NCBI GenBank assembly: GCA_965247115.1
Contig: CBDFGR010000003.1
Location: 1,056,001 to 1,120,000 of the forward strand
Source: Myxococcota bacterium
GTDB lineage: Bacteria > Myxococcota_A > UBA9160 > SZUA-336
Length of the DNA: 64,000 nt
Reading direction: 5' to 3'
Positions 12,468 to 23,971 of the stretch are shown here, one piece after another. The notes beneath the pieces were generated by a model that was not told the DNA's origin, made no database searches, and saw only the letters and a program-made list of their open reading frames with translations. A program made the translations under genes and the position numbers. Positions within the stretch are counted from its first letter, which is position 1. Every line of letters begins with the position of its first letter.

Positions 12468-14027
12468 TCAGCGTCCTGCTGCGACCGCGAGCGGGTCCGT
12501 ACCGATCTGCCGGTTCCGGAGCAGCAGTCCGGGCGTTGCGCCGGTGCACTTGCCGTCCTCGAATGTGATTTCGCCGTTAACGAGTGTGTACCGGTAGCCC
12601 TCGGAGTACTGGACCAGCCGCCATTCATTGGCGGGGACGTCGTGGGCGGCCTCGTAGTTCGACTCCGGCGTCAGCTTCAGGTTCTCGAGGTCGTAGACCA
12701 CGATGTCCGCGGGAGCGCCCTCGCGCAGGAAGCCGCGATCCAGGAGGCCCGCCGCCTGCGCCGGCAGGTAGCTCAGGTGGTAGTGGGCCTCCTCGAGGCT
12801 CAGCTGCTTGGTGTCGCGCACCAGCCAGATCAGGAAGTCGGTGGTGAACGAACCGGCCGTGATGAACTTGGTGTGGGCACCACCGTCCGAGGCCCCGGCG
12901 AGTGTGTACTGATCGCGCATGACCTCGCCGACCTTCGCGGGGTCGGAGGCGAGCGTCACCCCGCCACGGAAGACGACCTTGAGGTCGCCAGCGACCGACA
13001 GGTCCAGCATCGCGTCGACCACGTGCTTGCCCTCGGCCTCTGCGATCTCGCTGACCTTCATCCCGATGTACTTCTCGAGCTCGGGGTGGCCCGGGGTCTC
13101 GAGAACACTCAGGTGGGCGGGTCGCGTCTGCTCGCCGATCGACTCGAGCATCGGCTCTTCTTCCCTCAGCTCTACACGCAGCAGCTCCGGGTCGGAGAGA
13201 TTCGCGAGCTTCTCCTCGACGATGCCGAGGGTCGCGTGGTTCCAGGCCGGGCTGCTGTCGTACAGGTTCCAGTGGTCCATCGAGAACCTGAACCACCCCC
13301 GCACCATGACGCCCTGCGCGTACATGCGCAGGCCCTCCTCGTTGCATTTGTGCACCCAGGCGAGCTCCCTTTTGTGGAACTTCGGTTGATCTTCGATCGC
13401 GGCGATCGCGTTGTGCAGGATCGGGAGGCACGCCCTGCGAGCCGCTCCAGGAAGTCGTGGTCCTCATTCCTGAGGGCGTCGCCGGAGCGAACCGCATCTC
13501 CGCTCGCGGCCTGGGTGATCTGGATGAAGCCCTCGTCCCGCTCGCGCAGCACGTCGGCCAGAACCAGGATGTCCTCGTCGACCATCTGGTCGGTGGGCAT
13601 CGGCGTGCCGTCGTAGTCGGCCTGGAGCGAGTGCTCGCCGAGGCGCTGAATCGAGAAGCCGCACGCGCCGGCGTCGATCGCCTCGTTCAGAAGCCGCTGC
13701 ATCTCCAGCTGCTCCGCCTTGGTGGCCGGACGGCTCTTCGCCGCCTCGAGCCCCATCACGTACACCATGAGGGATGACACCGGAACGAAGCTCACCACGT
13801 TCACGCCCTTGGGGCGCCTGCAGTGCGTCGAGCCACTCCGGGAAGCTCTCCCATCGCCACGGCATCCCGCTTTCATCGACCCGTATGGGATCTGCTCCGT
13901 GCGGGTCATCATGAGGAGCGCGCGGTCGCGGTCTTCCGGCTTACAGGGTGCGAAGCCGCAGTTTCCCAGGACGACCGTGGTGACGCCGTGCCAACCGGAG
14001 ATCGTGCAGTAAGGATCCCAGTGGATT
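12468..14027 (-). pseudogene. N-acyl-D-amino-acid deacylase family amidohydrolase, truncated and frameshifted
   Basis: WDPYCTISGWHGVTTVVLGNCGF, SDGGAH and G..ADIVVYD occur in several frames. The N-terminal HxH motif is missing. Confidence 0.85.
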
Positions 14028-14159
14028 TATTCAAAGCCGGTACCTCAAAGCGAGCAACTTCAAGGTCAACTTTCTACCGAGAATGTGCTTTTACAAGTTC
14101 CTCTACGTCTGGCTCGATTTTCCTGGCGCGATGGCAAATCGCCGAATCTAGGCTGGATG

Positions 14160-14482
14160 TATTGGCTCCTCAAGGGCGAGAGCTACCGGCTCAAGGATCG
14201 CGATCTGGGCGTCCCGGCGCTCCGCCGCGTGCGCGGGGCCGAAAAGCGGCTGCCGAGGATGCGCTGTGAGGCGAGATCTCGGTCGGGCCCGAGTGCTACC
14301 CCTCGGGGAAGAAGGTCCTCCGGAGCCTCGCTTCGCTCGGGTCGGACGCCTTCGTGCCCGAGGCTCGCTGCTCTGAGATCAAAGATCAAGGGAGAAAGAA
14401 GGAGAACAGGATGTCCGGCGTCGGTCCCAAGGGGGGGGCAATTTTCAAACGTTGGAAAGGGGTCAGTTTTCGAGCGTTGACA
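14160..14482 (+). mobile_element. IS21-family right end (IstB C-terminus plus IRR)
   Basis: LKGESYRLKD, followed by repeated ggggcaattttc / ggggtcagttttc motifs ending in gttgaca. Confidence 0.8.
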
Positions 14483-14528
14483 AAAACGTCAATAGCAGGT
14501 AGCAGACAGAACAGAAGGAGGAGAATCG

Positions 14529-15470
14529 ATGGACATCGCTGATTACCAGACATCACCCTACGTAGACCCACTTGTCAAAGAGCTGGAAGAGTATGGCTTG
14601 ATGAAGCATGTCGTTGAGCTGGAAGCCTACGGTCTGACGGTGGTTCCGCCTGAAAAGATGGCCGTTGCGGACGATTTTGCCGACCGGCTGCGCGAAGCGA
14701 TCATCCGGACCTGCGAGAAACGCAACGGCATCAAGATCCGCGAGTACAAGGAAGCCAATCCCGCAGTAGAAAGCGGGACGGGCGTGGAGTCGGCCGCGGA
14801 GGAGGAGGTAACGGGGCCGGGAGAGATGGGCAAGAATTCCTGGTTTCTGATGGAAGAAGACGAGGTCTTCGTCGAAGCCGCGACCAACCCCAGAGTGCTC
14901 GCGCTCGTGCATTGGCTATGCGGTCAAAGTGCCACGCTCACAGGCCATACGTGGATCATGAAGCCGCAAGGCAGCGCAGGCGTCTTTCTGCATAGCGATG
15001 CCCACGGCATCCCGCCGGGCGGAGGTCACATTGCCCATGTGTGTAATGCATCCTGGCTTTGCACGGATTATGCGGGTGAGGAAGATGGCCCCTCGGTGTT
15101 TGTCCCTGGCAGCCATCGCTTTGGGCGCGCAACCCTACCGCACGAACAGAATCTTGAAACGACGCCGTTCAAGTGGGTGCCTTTGATCGGCAAAGCAGGG
15201 TCGTTAGCCATTTGGCACGGTTCCACCTGGCATGCTTCGGTCGCGCGCACCAAGCCGGGTTTGCGGGTGACGCTCGTGCAAGTCTTCATGCGCCGTCATA
15301 TGCGCCCGATTCACTTGTGGGAGGGCGAGATTTCACCCCAGCTGCTGGCCAAGCATCCGGCGTTACAGGATGTACTCGGACTCGGTGAACATCTGTATCC
15401 CTACAAAGAATCAAATGATCACACGCGAGTGGCACCGCTCATGTTGACGGGTACGGACCCGTTTGCTTAA
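14529..15470 (+). CDS. Phytanoyl-CoA dioxygenase (PhyH)-family 2OG-Fe(II) oxygenase
   Basis: LHSD, FVPGSH and GS.AIWHGSTWH...R. Strong RBS aaggagga. Confidence 0.88.
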   Translation: MDIADYQTSPYVDPLVKELEEYGLMKHVVELEAYGLTVVPPEKMAVADDFADRLREAIIRTCEKRNGIKIREYKEANPAVESGTGVESAAEEEVTGPGEMGKNSWFLMEEDEVFVEAATNPRVLALVHWLCGQSATLTGHTWIMKPQGSAGVFLHSDAHGIPPGGGHIAHVCNASWLCTDYAGEEDGPSVFVPGSHRFGRATLPHEQNLETTPFKWVPLIGKAGSLAIWHGSTWHASVARTKPGLRVTLVQVFMRRHMRPIHLWEGEISPQLLAKHPALQDVLGLGEHLYPYKESNDHTRVAPLMLTGTDPFA

Positions 15471-15507
15471 CGCCGGGACTCTTAACGAAGACCAGGGAAG
15501 CTTACTA

Positions 15508-15918
15508 ATGAGCGATAGGAAAGTGGCCTTTGCCCGTGCGGACTGGATTGACGAGGCAAAGTCTGTGCTCGAGGATCTGGTGGCTAAGCATGACGAAGCC
15601 GGCAAACGTTTCAGCGTATGTGAAGTATTCAGTGGCGCGCCGCAGGATATTGCGCCGTCCGGGACGGCCGCCTGGCATTTCTACATAGACGGTAAATCAG
15701 TAACAGCGGGTGCCGGAGAAGTCGACGATGCGGATGTGACCATTCGCGCTGACTACGAAGAGACGCTCCCCGCAGCGCGCCTCGTGTTAACACCCGAAGT
15801 GCTCGCGGAGCGAGCGGCGAACCCACCGGAATCGGCAGCGACGATGGAAGGCGACATGAGCCAGGCACCGCCCTATCTAATAGAATTGCACAACCGACTG
15901 GCTTTGATCACGGCATAG
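15508..15918 (+). CDS. Small protein with possible SCP2 (sterol carrier)-like fold
   Basis: WHFYIDG..V.AG.GE.DDADVTIRADY and terminal EGDM; directly downstream of phyH. Confidence 0.6.
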   Translation: MSDRKVAFARADWIDEAKSVLEDLVAKHDEAGKRFSVCEVFSGAPQDIAPSGTAAWHFYIDGKSVTAGAGEVDDADVTIRADYEETLPAARLVLTPEVLAERAANPPESAATMEGDMSQAPPYLIELHNRLALITA

Positions 15919-16037
15919 ATTAATTTGGCGCCTGATGCGATCTCGCCGGAGCTTGCGCCGGTTATCGCAGAACGGCCGCTGGGATCCGCGCCTCGCGCAT
16001 CTCTCTACCCCCGATCAAGCCTGTAGCATCGGATTAC

Positions 16038-16783
16038 CCCGCATTGCCCAGATGACCTTGTGATTTGACGACAGCGGACCCGGATTCTGGCATGAGAATC
16101 ATTACGCATAGGCGGATTGGGGGTGTTGATATGGCTCACCCGATGGGTGAATCGAAAGAGGGGGTTCTGAGGCTGGATCTTGACCGTCGACTCAAGCTGG
16201 AGTTCCACGGTTCCAAGGTCACTTCCGACGCTGGGTTGTTGCCGTACCGGGAGCTGGATGATGCGGTCGGACTGACCGAGATTGCCGGGGACGTACTCAC
16301 GGACACCCGTCGTGGGAGGAACGATCAGCCACGGTCTTGTCGGGCAGTTCCGCCAGTCCGTTTTCGGACGCCTTGGCGGGTACGACGACGTGAACGATGC
16401 CGACCGACTCAGCCTCGACCCGGTCATGCGCTGGATCGTCGGCGGCCATGCTGTCACGAAACAGGCTGCCTCGACCAGTCAGATGGGGCGCTTCGAGACG
16501 GAGGTTCTGGCCACTGAGGAAAACCTCGCCGCGCTTCCCGATCTTTCCGGGCAATGGATCGACAGTGTGCATGACCGTCGCCCACCGACGAGGATCATCC
16601 TCGACATGGATAGCAGCGTCAGCCCGACCCATGGCGAGCAGGAGGGATCGGCCTACAACGGTCACTTCGGCTGCACCTGCTACCACCCCCTATTCCTGTT
16701 CAACCAGTTCGGTGACCTTGAGCGGTGTTCCCTGCGCCCCGGCAACGTTCACAGTGCCGATGACTGGGAAGGCGTGTTGAACC
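16038..16783 (+). mobile_element. IS1380-family 5' half (IRL plus frameshifted transposase N-terminus)
   Basis: LKLEFHGSKVTSDAGLLPYRELD, ILDMDSS and YNGHFGCTCYHPL. IR cccgcattgcccagatgacc. Confidence 0.9.
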
Positions 16784-17188
16784 CGAAAGTCCGAATCCCC
16801 GACGCACCGTCATCTGCGCGATGGCGCGCACGCCCGACCAGTCCAGACCGATCACGCCGCCCATCGGCCCGGCAAGTGAATATGATGGACCCAAACGGCC
16901 ATCGGTGGCCACTGTAGTGCAAACGGAACACCCACTGGGAAGCCGTTGGCGCAAACGCTCCCCCCGGAAATCGAGAGACGAGACCGGACCCGAAAATGCT
17001 GCTCTTTCCGCGCCTCCCGGGCGTCTCGTGTTGCACCCGACTCCGGCAAAGCCCCGGAAACTAGGGAGAAAACCTGGCCTCGTCTCCTCCCTGTCGAGAT
17101 TGGGCAGTCTGCTTGGCGGTGGACGCAGGCCGGAGCAAACTGGTCTCGTCCCCTCGATGCGGCTATTGCCCCTCGTCGGCCGCCCAGA

Positions 17189-17237
17189 GAACTCGCGAGA
17201 GTTCGTGGGAGTTCGTGGGAGTTCGTGGGAGTTGGGA
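17189..17237. repeat. Tandem decamer (GAGTTCGTGG)x3 with degenerate flanking copies
   Basis: Directly visible in the sequence. Confidence 0.85.
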
Positions 17238-17329
17238 GCCCTCGGGGAACCCTCGCTTGACTTTGCGCCGGGGGTGCGGTTGGTCCTGGGCGGGAGACTG
17301 AGTCAGACCGAAAGGTCGTCAGCCCAAGC

Positions 17330-17800
17330 CGGACGAATGTTCCGCGGGGGAGGTTGCGGTCCCCCAGGCTCCTCCCGCCACGATCAGCTGCTCGCGGAGT
17401 CGCACACCATCAGCCCGAGCCGTACCGCCCTCTTGCGCCTGACCGGGACGCTCTATCGTGCGCTCGAGCCCCGGCTCGCCCGTGAACTCGCCTCGCTCTG
17501 GGCGCTGGTACACGCGCCTGGTCTCACCGCGCGGCAGGCCGACCGCGCCATCGCTTGGGTTACTGCTCGGAGCCAACGCGGGCGTTAGGGAGCGACTATG
17601 GCAGCTGATTTTGTGTAGGACGTCGAACACCTCTCGCAGCTAGATTTGGTCGAGTACGAACTGGTGCGCAAGGCCGAGGCAAGGCGCATGGGCGTGCGTG
17701 TCGGGGTGCTCGACAAAGAGGTCGAGGCTGCACGCCGTCGCCTCGCAGGAGTTGATGAGACTAAATCGGACGACGACGGGAATGGGAAGGCCGAGTCCCA
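17330..17800 (+). pseudogene. Possible phage/integrative-element replication gene fragments (approximate ends)
   Basis: Helical fragments LRLTGTLYRAL...ADRAIAW and EYELVRKAEARRMGVRVGVLDKEV are reminiscent of primase-associated proteins. Weak recognition. Confidence 0.3.
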
Positions 17801-17804
17801 GCGA

Positions 17805-18382
17805 GGCCGAATGTGCGTGGGGGGCGGACGCCCGAGTCGCTATCGCGGGAGTTCGAGCCAACGGCGCAGTCGATCTGGAACTGGATCCGCCAGGCCGAGC
17901 GGGATACAGGCACCCTCACGGACGGGCTGACGACGGAGGAGAAGGAGGAGCTGCGCCGGCTGCGGCGTGAGAATCGGGTTCTCCGCGAGGAGAAGGAGAT
18001 CCTGAAAGAAGCCGCGGCCTGGTTCGCTCAGGAGACCGGCTCTACGCCCCGCGGGCGTTCGAGTTCGTGAGCAACCACCGGGCCACGCTCGAGTGCGAGC
18101 TGCTCGATCGCGTCCGCTTCCGCAGCCAGAGCGAGGCACGGATCGCGATCTTCGACTTCATCGAGGGCTTCTACAATCCTCGACGGAGACACTCGGCACT
18201 CGGCTATCTCTCGCCGATCGAGTTCGAGCGTGCGCAGGCAGCCTGAGCCGGGCTTCGCCCGGGTCGACCCCCTGCGGGGCCGAGTCTCGGAACAACTTCA
18301 GGAAGAAATCAGAGACAATCAATCAGGAGCGCTCGGGGAAGATCTCAAGCGCTCAGGTGTCCATCGAAACGGGGCAGCTCCA
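17805..18382 (+). mobile_element. IS3-family element with internal deletion (orfA part, orfB C-terminus, IRR)
   Basis: LSREFEPTAQSIWNW...EELRRLRRENRVLREEKEILK and IFDFIEGFYNPRRRHSALGYLSP.EFE. Ends tgtccatcgaaacggggcagctcca. Confidence 0.9.
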
Positions 18383-18599
18383 CTCTTGGGATGTCGCGCA
18401 TCACGCGATTGATGAATTCCGCGAACACCGAAATGTTGCTGATGTAGTGACCCGCCACTGTATCGACCACGTCCGTGGTCGGCTCCAAGATCTCGGAGCG
18501 GCGGGCCTGCCGGGTGCTCGGGCAACATCGCTCGACCTAGCGCCATACGAGATACTCCGCGCCATGCTCTCCGCCGCGCGCCAATAGCGCAAGCTTGGG

Positions 18600-19737
18600 G
18601 AGCACGTCCCCGACGCCTGTACTCGGAAGCATTGAATCCATCTAAGAAATTTATCGGCATCGACCTCTTCAATCCGCTTGGCAATGGAAACAACGGACCC
18701 GCTGTTCTCCCACTCGTTCCATTTGTTTTGTATGGCACCGCGCGCGTTCGAGACGAGACCGTCGGGATTCGGGTGAATGACCAGGAAGCGTCGGCCGTGC
18801 TTTTCGTAGTACCACTCGATTACCTCCGAGTTGATCCCCTTATCTCCGAAGCTGTACCCGCAGACGACTAACTGATCGGCTTCTCGCACGGTCGACCGTC
18901 GAGAGGTACCTGCGAAACTCCGGCAACCGTTTTCGTATGCCAAAAGTCACCATCGAGCGGAATGCCGATCCTGTCATCGTACCAAGTCTGGGAAGCGTCT
19001 GGTCTCAGGCGAAACCAGTCGACGGAACCGTGAAGTTTCAGAAATGGAATCTTGTCGTCCGAAGCAAGGTCGCCGATCCAATACCGGACACCGGCTTCTT
19101 CGCTAGAGAACCCATCGGCAAGGGATATCCCTTGTGTTCTTAGATGGGTCTCCACATGGGTATCGCGACACAGCGTCACAATGCCGGCGACAGTTTGGGT
19201 CCGGCAAGCCTCCACGAGGATCTTCAAGTGATCAGTAGACGTTGCCTTGGGGCAAAGATTTCTCCAAACGAGATCTGAAATGTGATTGCACGTCTCGTCG
19301 AGCAGATAATTGAAATCGTCCGGGATATTTGGACAGTATGGTACGTTCGGATCTTCGTTTTCTGCGTTTGCAGCTTCGATCAATGGCGACATGTCAGCTC
19401 TTAGTTCATCAACATACGAGCGGATAGCGGGGTTCTCCATCTCGCCCAGTTCTTCGTCCGATGCTTGCTTGGCGAGGTAGAATAGGTCCTCGTAGTTGGC
19501 CGGCCTCTCGCCGTGTGCCGAAACATAGCGTTCGGCCTCCGCATGAAGTCGTCGCGCCACGCCGTTGGCGAGCCGCACGGCGCCCCCCGTCGGTGCCTCG
19601 CTTTCGATGAGGCAATATGTTCCGTCCGAGTGTCTCTCAACACGGGTGCCTGTCAGTACCCGATGGGTCAGACATCGGGTAGAAGGAAATCCGGCCGGTA
19701 GCGACGAACCGGCGCCCAACAGGATTGCGGTTTTCAT
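18600..19737 (-). pseudogene. SIR2-like (SIR2_2) domain protein, disrupted near 18890 (approximate left end)
   Basis: ILLGAGSS..AGFP and FLKLHGSVDWF in one frame; LVVCGYSFGDKGIN in another. Confidence 0.85.
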
Positions 19738-20000
19738 GGGCTGCGCTTCCTGTTCCCGCTCAGCCGGCAGTCGCGTGCGGCTCGACCTTGATGAGCGATT
19801 CCGGCTCTATCTGCGATGTGTCGTTGCGAAGGCAACAGTTCCCCGGCTTCCCTTGTCTCCAGATAGACGTTGCAGACTTGCGGCAACATCACGGCGGGAT
19901 ATCCAAAGCTAATGCCCCCGGTAGGCCTTTGAAACGGTATTGGGGTTGTCGACGCGATCAACTTGTTGGAAATAATGGGCTTTAGGTTCTTTGAAGCCAA
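19734..20000 (-). pseudogene. P63C-domain protein N-terminal fragment
   Basis: NLKPIISNKL...PI.F...GY.A..LPQVCNVYL..R.AG.L..SQ.HIA.RA pattern. Confidence 0.6.
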
Positions 20001-20350
20001 AAGGCCCGGGGGGGGGTGTCGACACCCCCCGGTTCCCGCCTTGGGAGTGCGTCACCGGACTATCGCTTTCAAGAACCCGCCTTGGCTCAATACCCGTGTC
20101 TCATCCTCCAGCACATAGCAGGGAATTTCGATGTCGCCGATAACCAGCGGTTTGTCGGGCGTGCCGGCGATAACCTTGAGCGGTGTCTTGCTCATGTCTG
20201 TACCCTCAATCCCCGGTTAACGCTGCGCTCGAACGTCGACAGGGGATCGGGGCATGTCCCATTCGGTGTTAGATCTGCAAGAGCGGCGACTCCAAGTTTG
20301 AGTGATCTTACGCGGCTTCGTTCTCTGCGTGAAGCGATTCCTCATGTCGT

Positions 20351-20600
20351 CTAAGTGCGTCCACAAGCGTTGACATGTCTTTCATCCCCTTGACGCCGCC
20401 GGAATCCCTTGCGAGCGCCGAGGATGGCGACTCCGACCCAGTGGAGGATCATCTTCCCTCCCTGCCACCGCTTCACCCGGCGCGTGTACGACGCGATCTT
20501 GTCGTTCAGGCTCTCGATCGCGTTCGTGCTCCGAAGACTCTGAAGGAGCGTTCCCTTCACCTCGATGCGCAACAGGGTGAGGGTGTCCTCCAAGCCCTCG
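20351..20600 (-). mobile_element. IS256-family transposase C-terminal fragment
   Basis: SLRSTNAIESLN...RRVKRWQGG. Confidence 0.85.
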
Positions 20601-20604
20601 CAGA

Positions 20605-20975
20605 GGGAAGCGGCCTGGCACTGGGTCGCGGTAGCGTTCGGGGAGACTTACGAGGCGCTGGTCGCGGGACTGCAGGGGGCTCTGGGAGGTGTGCCCGAGG
20701 TGGCGCGCTCGGACAATCTCTCGGCGGCGACCCACGAGCTCAAGCGCAGCGGCGGCCGTGCGCTGACGGCGCGATTCGCCGCGGTGCTCGAGCCCTACGG
20801 ACTGCGCTCGACCCGCATCACGCCGGGGCGCGCGGACAGCGCAGACTTCGTCCGGTAGTGCGCCTGCTCGGCGACACCGTTCTCGTGCGTAGTACACCTC
20901 GACCCAATCGGCGTGCTGGCGCACCTCGACCTCGTCGAGCAGGCGCTGGTGCTGCGAGGGAGCCGCAATCCGTCG
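20605..20975 (+). mobile_element. IS21-family IstA fragment (approximate ends)
   Basis: GETYEALVAGLQGAL.GGVP...RSDNLSAATHEL and EQALVLRGSR. Confidence 0.75.
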
Positions 20976-21444
20976 CTGTCCGAATTTCTTGAACGAGCTT
21001 GTCGCCGCTCTCGCCCGCTGCGCCAGGGACGTCGGAAGTCTCATCATACTCCGAGCTCCGGTAGAAGTACTCCAACTCAAGACGAAACCGACCCAGCAGA
21101 CTATCCGGATATTTCTCGCTGAGGCGATACCCCATCGCCGCTCCGGCCAGAATACCCTCGGCGCTGTCGAACTTGTTCTTCCAGTCTCCAGTCGCACCGC
21201 GATTGGGGCCCGTGCAGTTGTAGTTCTCGTATCTCGGATTTTCTGTGACTGTGGCGAACCTTGGATTGATGAACTCGTCGCACATGCTGGCCCGGTCGTT
21301 GCTGCTTCCGGTGGTATCCACTGACGGAGCGAAGTTGGCTCCCAACTCGCTGCTCAGATACAAGCCCGAATCAGCCCGCGCCGGACTGCTGGAGAATAGA
21401 CATATCGCGATCACGCAAGGCAATAATGAGACAACGCATCTCAT
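20975..21444 (-). pseudogene. Outer-membrane beta-barrel-like exported protein, C-terminally truncated
   Basis: Signal peptide, GLYLSSELGANF and GAAMGY...RFRLELEYFYR. Cut by the IS21 fragment. Confidence 0.6.
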
Positions 21445-21597
21445 CCTCTTTTCCTCCACACAGTGGACAGCGCCGAATAGGGACACGAGCTGCCTATCAA
21501 CGCGAACTCCTCTAGAGCACCTTCAAAGGGGGATTGATCTACTAGCACAAGCATTGTGAAACGCTGTGGGACGAATGGTATCAGAACCTCTGTCACT

Positions 21598-22350
21598 CTA
21601 TTCGGGTTCCTCTCTGGAACGGGTAAAAGACTCCGATTTGGACAGCCGTCCAGTATTGCCATACTCCGAACACTCGTATCTGTAGTCCAATACGATCCCC
21701 TCGTCTCCCAGCCCTGCCTTCGCCCTCATTGTTGCCATTTCTTGCATCAGATTGGCGAAGTTGGCATGAGGAACTTTGGCTCTGATATCCGAGTGCAACT
21801 TTGCCAACAGCGGGTCAAAGTTACTGAGCTCTTGTTTGAGCTTACTGGCAGCACCAACTGCGTCCGACCCAATCACGAATCGATCTGGGTATTGTCTTAT
21901 CATTCGGACCCACCGGTCCAGATCCTTGTATATGTAGTCGGCTAAGATAACCCACGACAGATCGATGGAAACTTGATCCTCCGAGTCTTTGAGGACCGCT
22001 TCTATCCAGAACGGGAGATTCTCAATGTTGATTCGTCTGCTGATGCCCGCATGGCACCAGATAAGCCGAGCTATGTAATATCGGTCACCATCTTTCCAGC
22101 GACAGTGACGAAACAGTCGAACCAGCTCGTCGAGATAGAGTGGTGCCTGGATTTCAGTCGGATTCCTCGAGATCGGCGCGATGTTGTGATGAATGCTCAT
22201 CGGAAGAAAGTGTTTCCCTGCGAACCGGCAGACACGGACGAGCGCCGGGTGGTCGGCCCTAGGTCTTTCCCCGAGAGTCAGATTCGTGAGATCATCATGA
22301 CGCGACCGCTTGGTCAGTTGGTGACCGAGGTAGATAACCAGACACTTGCC
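21598..22350 (-). pseudogene. Amidohydrolase-fold protein, C-terminal part (approximate start)
   Basis: LIWCHAG, IDLSW and YPDRFVIGSD.VG. No credible N-terminus. Confidence 0.65.
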
Positions 22351-22766
22351 GTCCGCGATCTGCGTTCGGAAGAGAGCGCCATCGTCGAAGAGTCCCAGTC
22401 CCGACCCTTTTGCCTCTGCCTCCTCGGACTTCGATCCGATCGGGACGACATTGCTAGCCGTCGCGGTCTTGTGTACGGTCAACGCCGGATCCGCGCTAGA
22501 TCCTCGTGGCGCCGTCTCTTCTTCGGGGCGACGCCGCCCCTCCTCCGGCTCATGCCTCAAGCCCCTCGCTGGAGCCAGCGGATGAGTTCTCGTTTCGGAC
22601 CTAGGCGGTGCCGTCCACGCCGCAGAAAACGTATCTGGCCGTCGGCCATCGCCTGGTAGAGCATCGACCTCGAGCACCCGCTGAACTCCACAACCCGCGC
22701 TCCTCGTCGGCAAGCAGCTCATCGACCTCGTCGAGGGACGTCGCCTCGAGGGAGCTACGCCACGAC

Positions 22767-23234
22767 TCAAGGGGAGTCATCGTCCTGCTCTGGCGGGAGC
22801 AGTGCGCGATCACGCAGTAGATTCACCACGTGATCTGCCGCTTCCGCGGACTGACGGATCTTCTTGAGACCGAGTGTCCCGGGGAGGCTCTCAGTTACAT
22901 CGCGGAACGCGTAGGACATGGCCATCACCCGCTCCCATTCATCGTTGGAGAGGAACTCGAGCCGCTGCTCCAGGGTCGGGAGTTCTCGCACCAAGTCGAG
23001 AGAGGTACTAGTCAGCCTCACAGCAATAGTCTGATGTGGCTTCGCATCCTCCAGCAGAGGGATGAGTCTTCGAAGGTCGGCTCTAGCGTTGCCGGCGACG
23101 CCGATCAGCCTGCGCCGCAACCTCATCGCGGCCCTCCGACGTTCGTTCCGGCGTTCGAAGATTGGCCAGACCGCTACTGCAGTGACGGCTAGCGTTGCGA
23201 GCGCGCGCCAGTCGATGCGCTCCATCACTACGAT
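22767..23234 (-). CDS. Hypothetical protein with N-terminal hydrophobic helix (start uncertain)
   Basis: IDWRALATLAVTAVAVWPIFERR followed by an amphipathic helical region. Confidence 0.4.
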   Translation of the reverse strand: MVVMERIDWRALATLAVTAVAVWPIFERRNERRRAAMRLRRRLIGVAGNARADLRRLIPLLEDAKPHQTIAVRLTSTSLDLVRELPTLEQRLEFLSNDEWERVMAMSYAFRDVTESLPGTLGLKKIRQSAEAADHVVNLLRDRALLPPEQDDDSP

Positions 23235-23971
23235 GAAATCGCTCACGTGCTCGCTCCCTCGGCCGCCGGGTCCAGTTTGTCGATCTTCTTCTGGTCTAGG
23301 AATGGCTCGACGCCCGCGCGGTGCTGCTCCTGGAACAGGGCAGTCCGAACCGGCTTTGCATGGCTGAGCTGTAGCAGTTCTTACAGCCGGGCTGATCTTC
23401 ACGCAGCAGTGACCGACCTTCCCGCTGGAAGCGCGAGCACGGATCGGGCTGATGCTGCGGTCGGTCCACTGGATCAGCGTCGCGCTCAATGGATCTCCTC
23501 GTGCTCGATCCCGGTTTCCCTCATCTGAACAGCCAACGCAGGATCGTCCAGAGGCCCAGTACCCACGGCAGGCACCAGAGAATGGCGATCGCGACGACTC
23601 CCAATGCGATGACTCGGTAACTCCGGGGACGCGCCTGGCTCCTTTCGGATCCGCCCGCTCGATCCGATCTACGGCGTCAAACACGGCGTCGTCGAGGGTT
23701 GGCATCAGGGCTCCCTCATCTCGGGGACACGGATGGACATGGCAATGCCTCCCGCAGAAAGCGGGATGTGTCGCCGCCTCGACCCACGCGTTCGTTAGAT
23801 TCGTCCAGACCTAGACAAGGATCTCTTCGAAGCGGTCGAGGCTGTCGTCGAATCGAGCTTCTTCCAACGCGGTTGCGATCTGCTGGCGCATTGCCGGCGT
23901 CGCGATCGTGTGGAGATCCCCGATCAAGTTGTCGAAGCCCTCGAGAATGAGGGCCACTCGTTCCGACCTGG

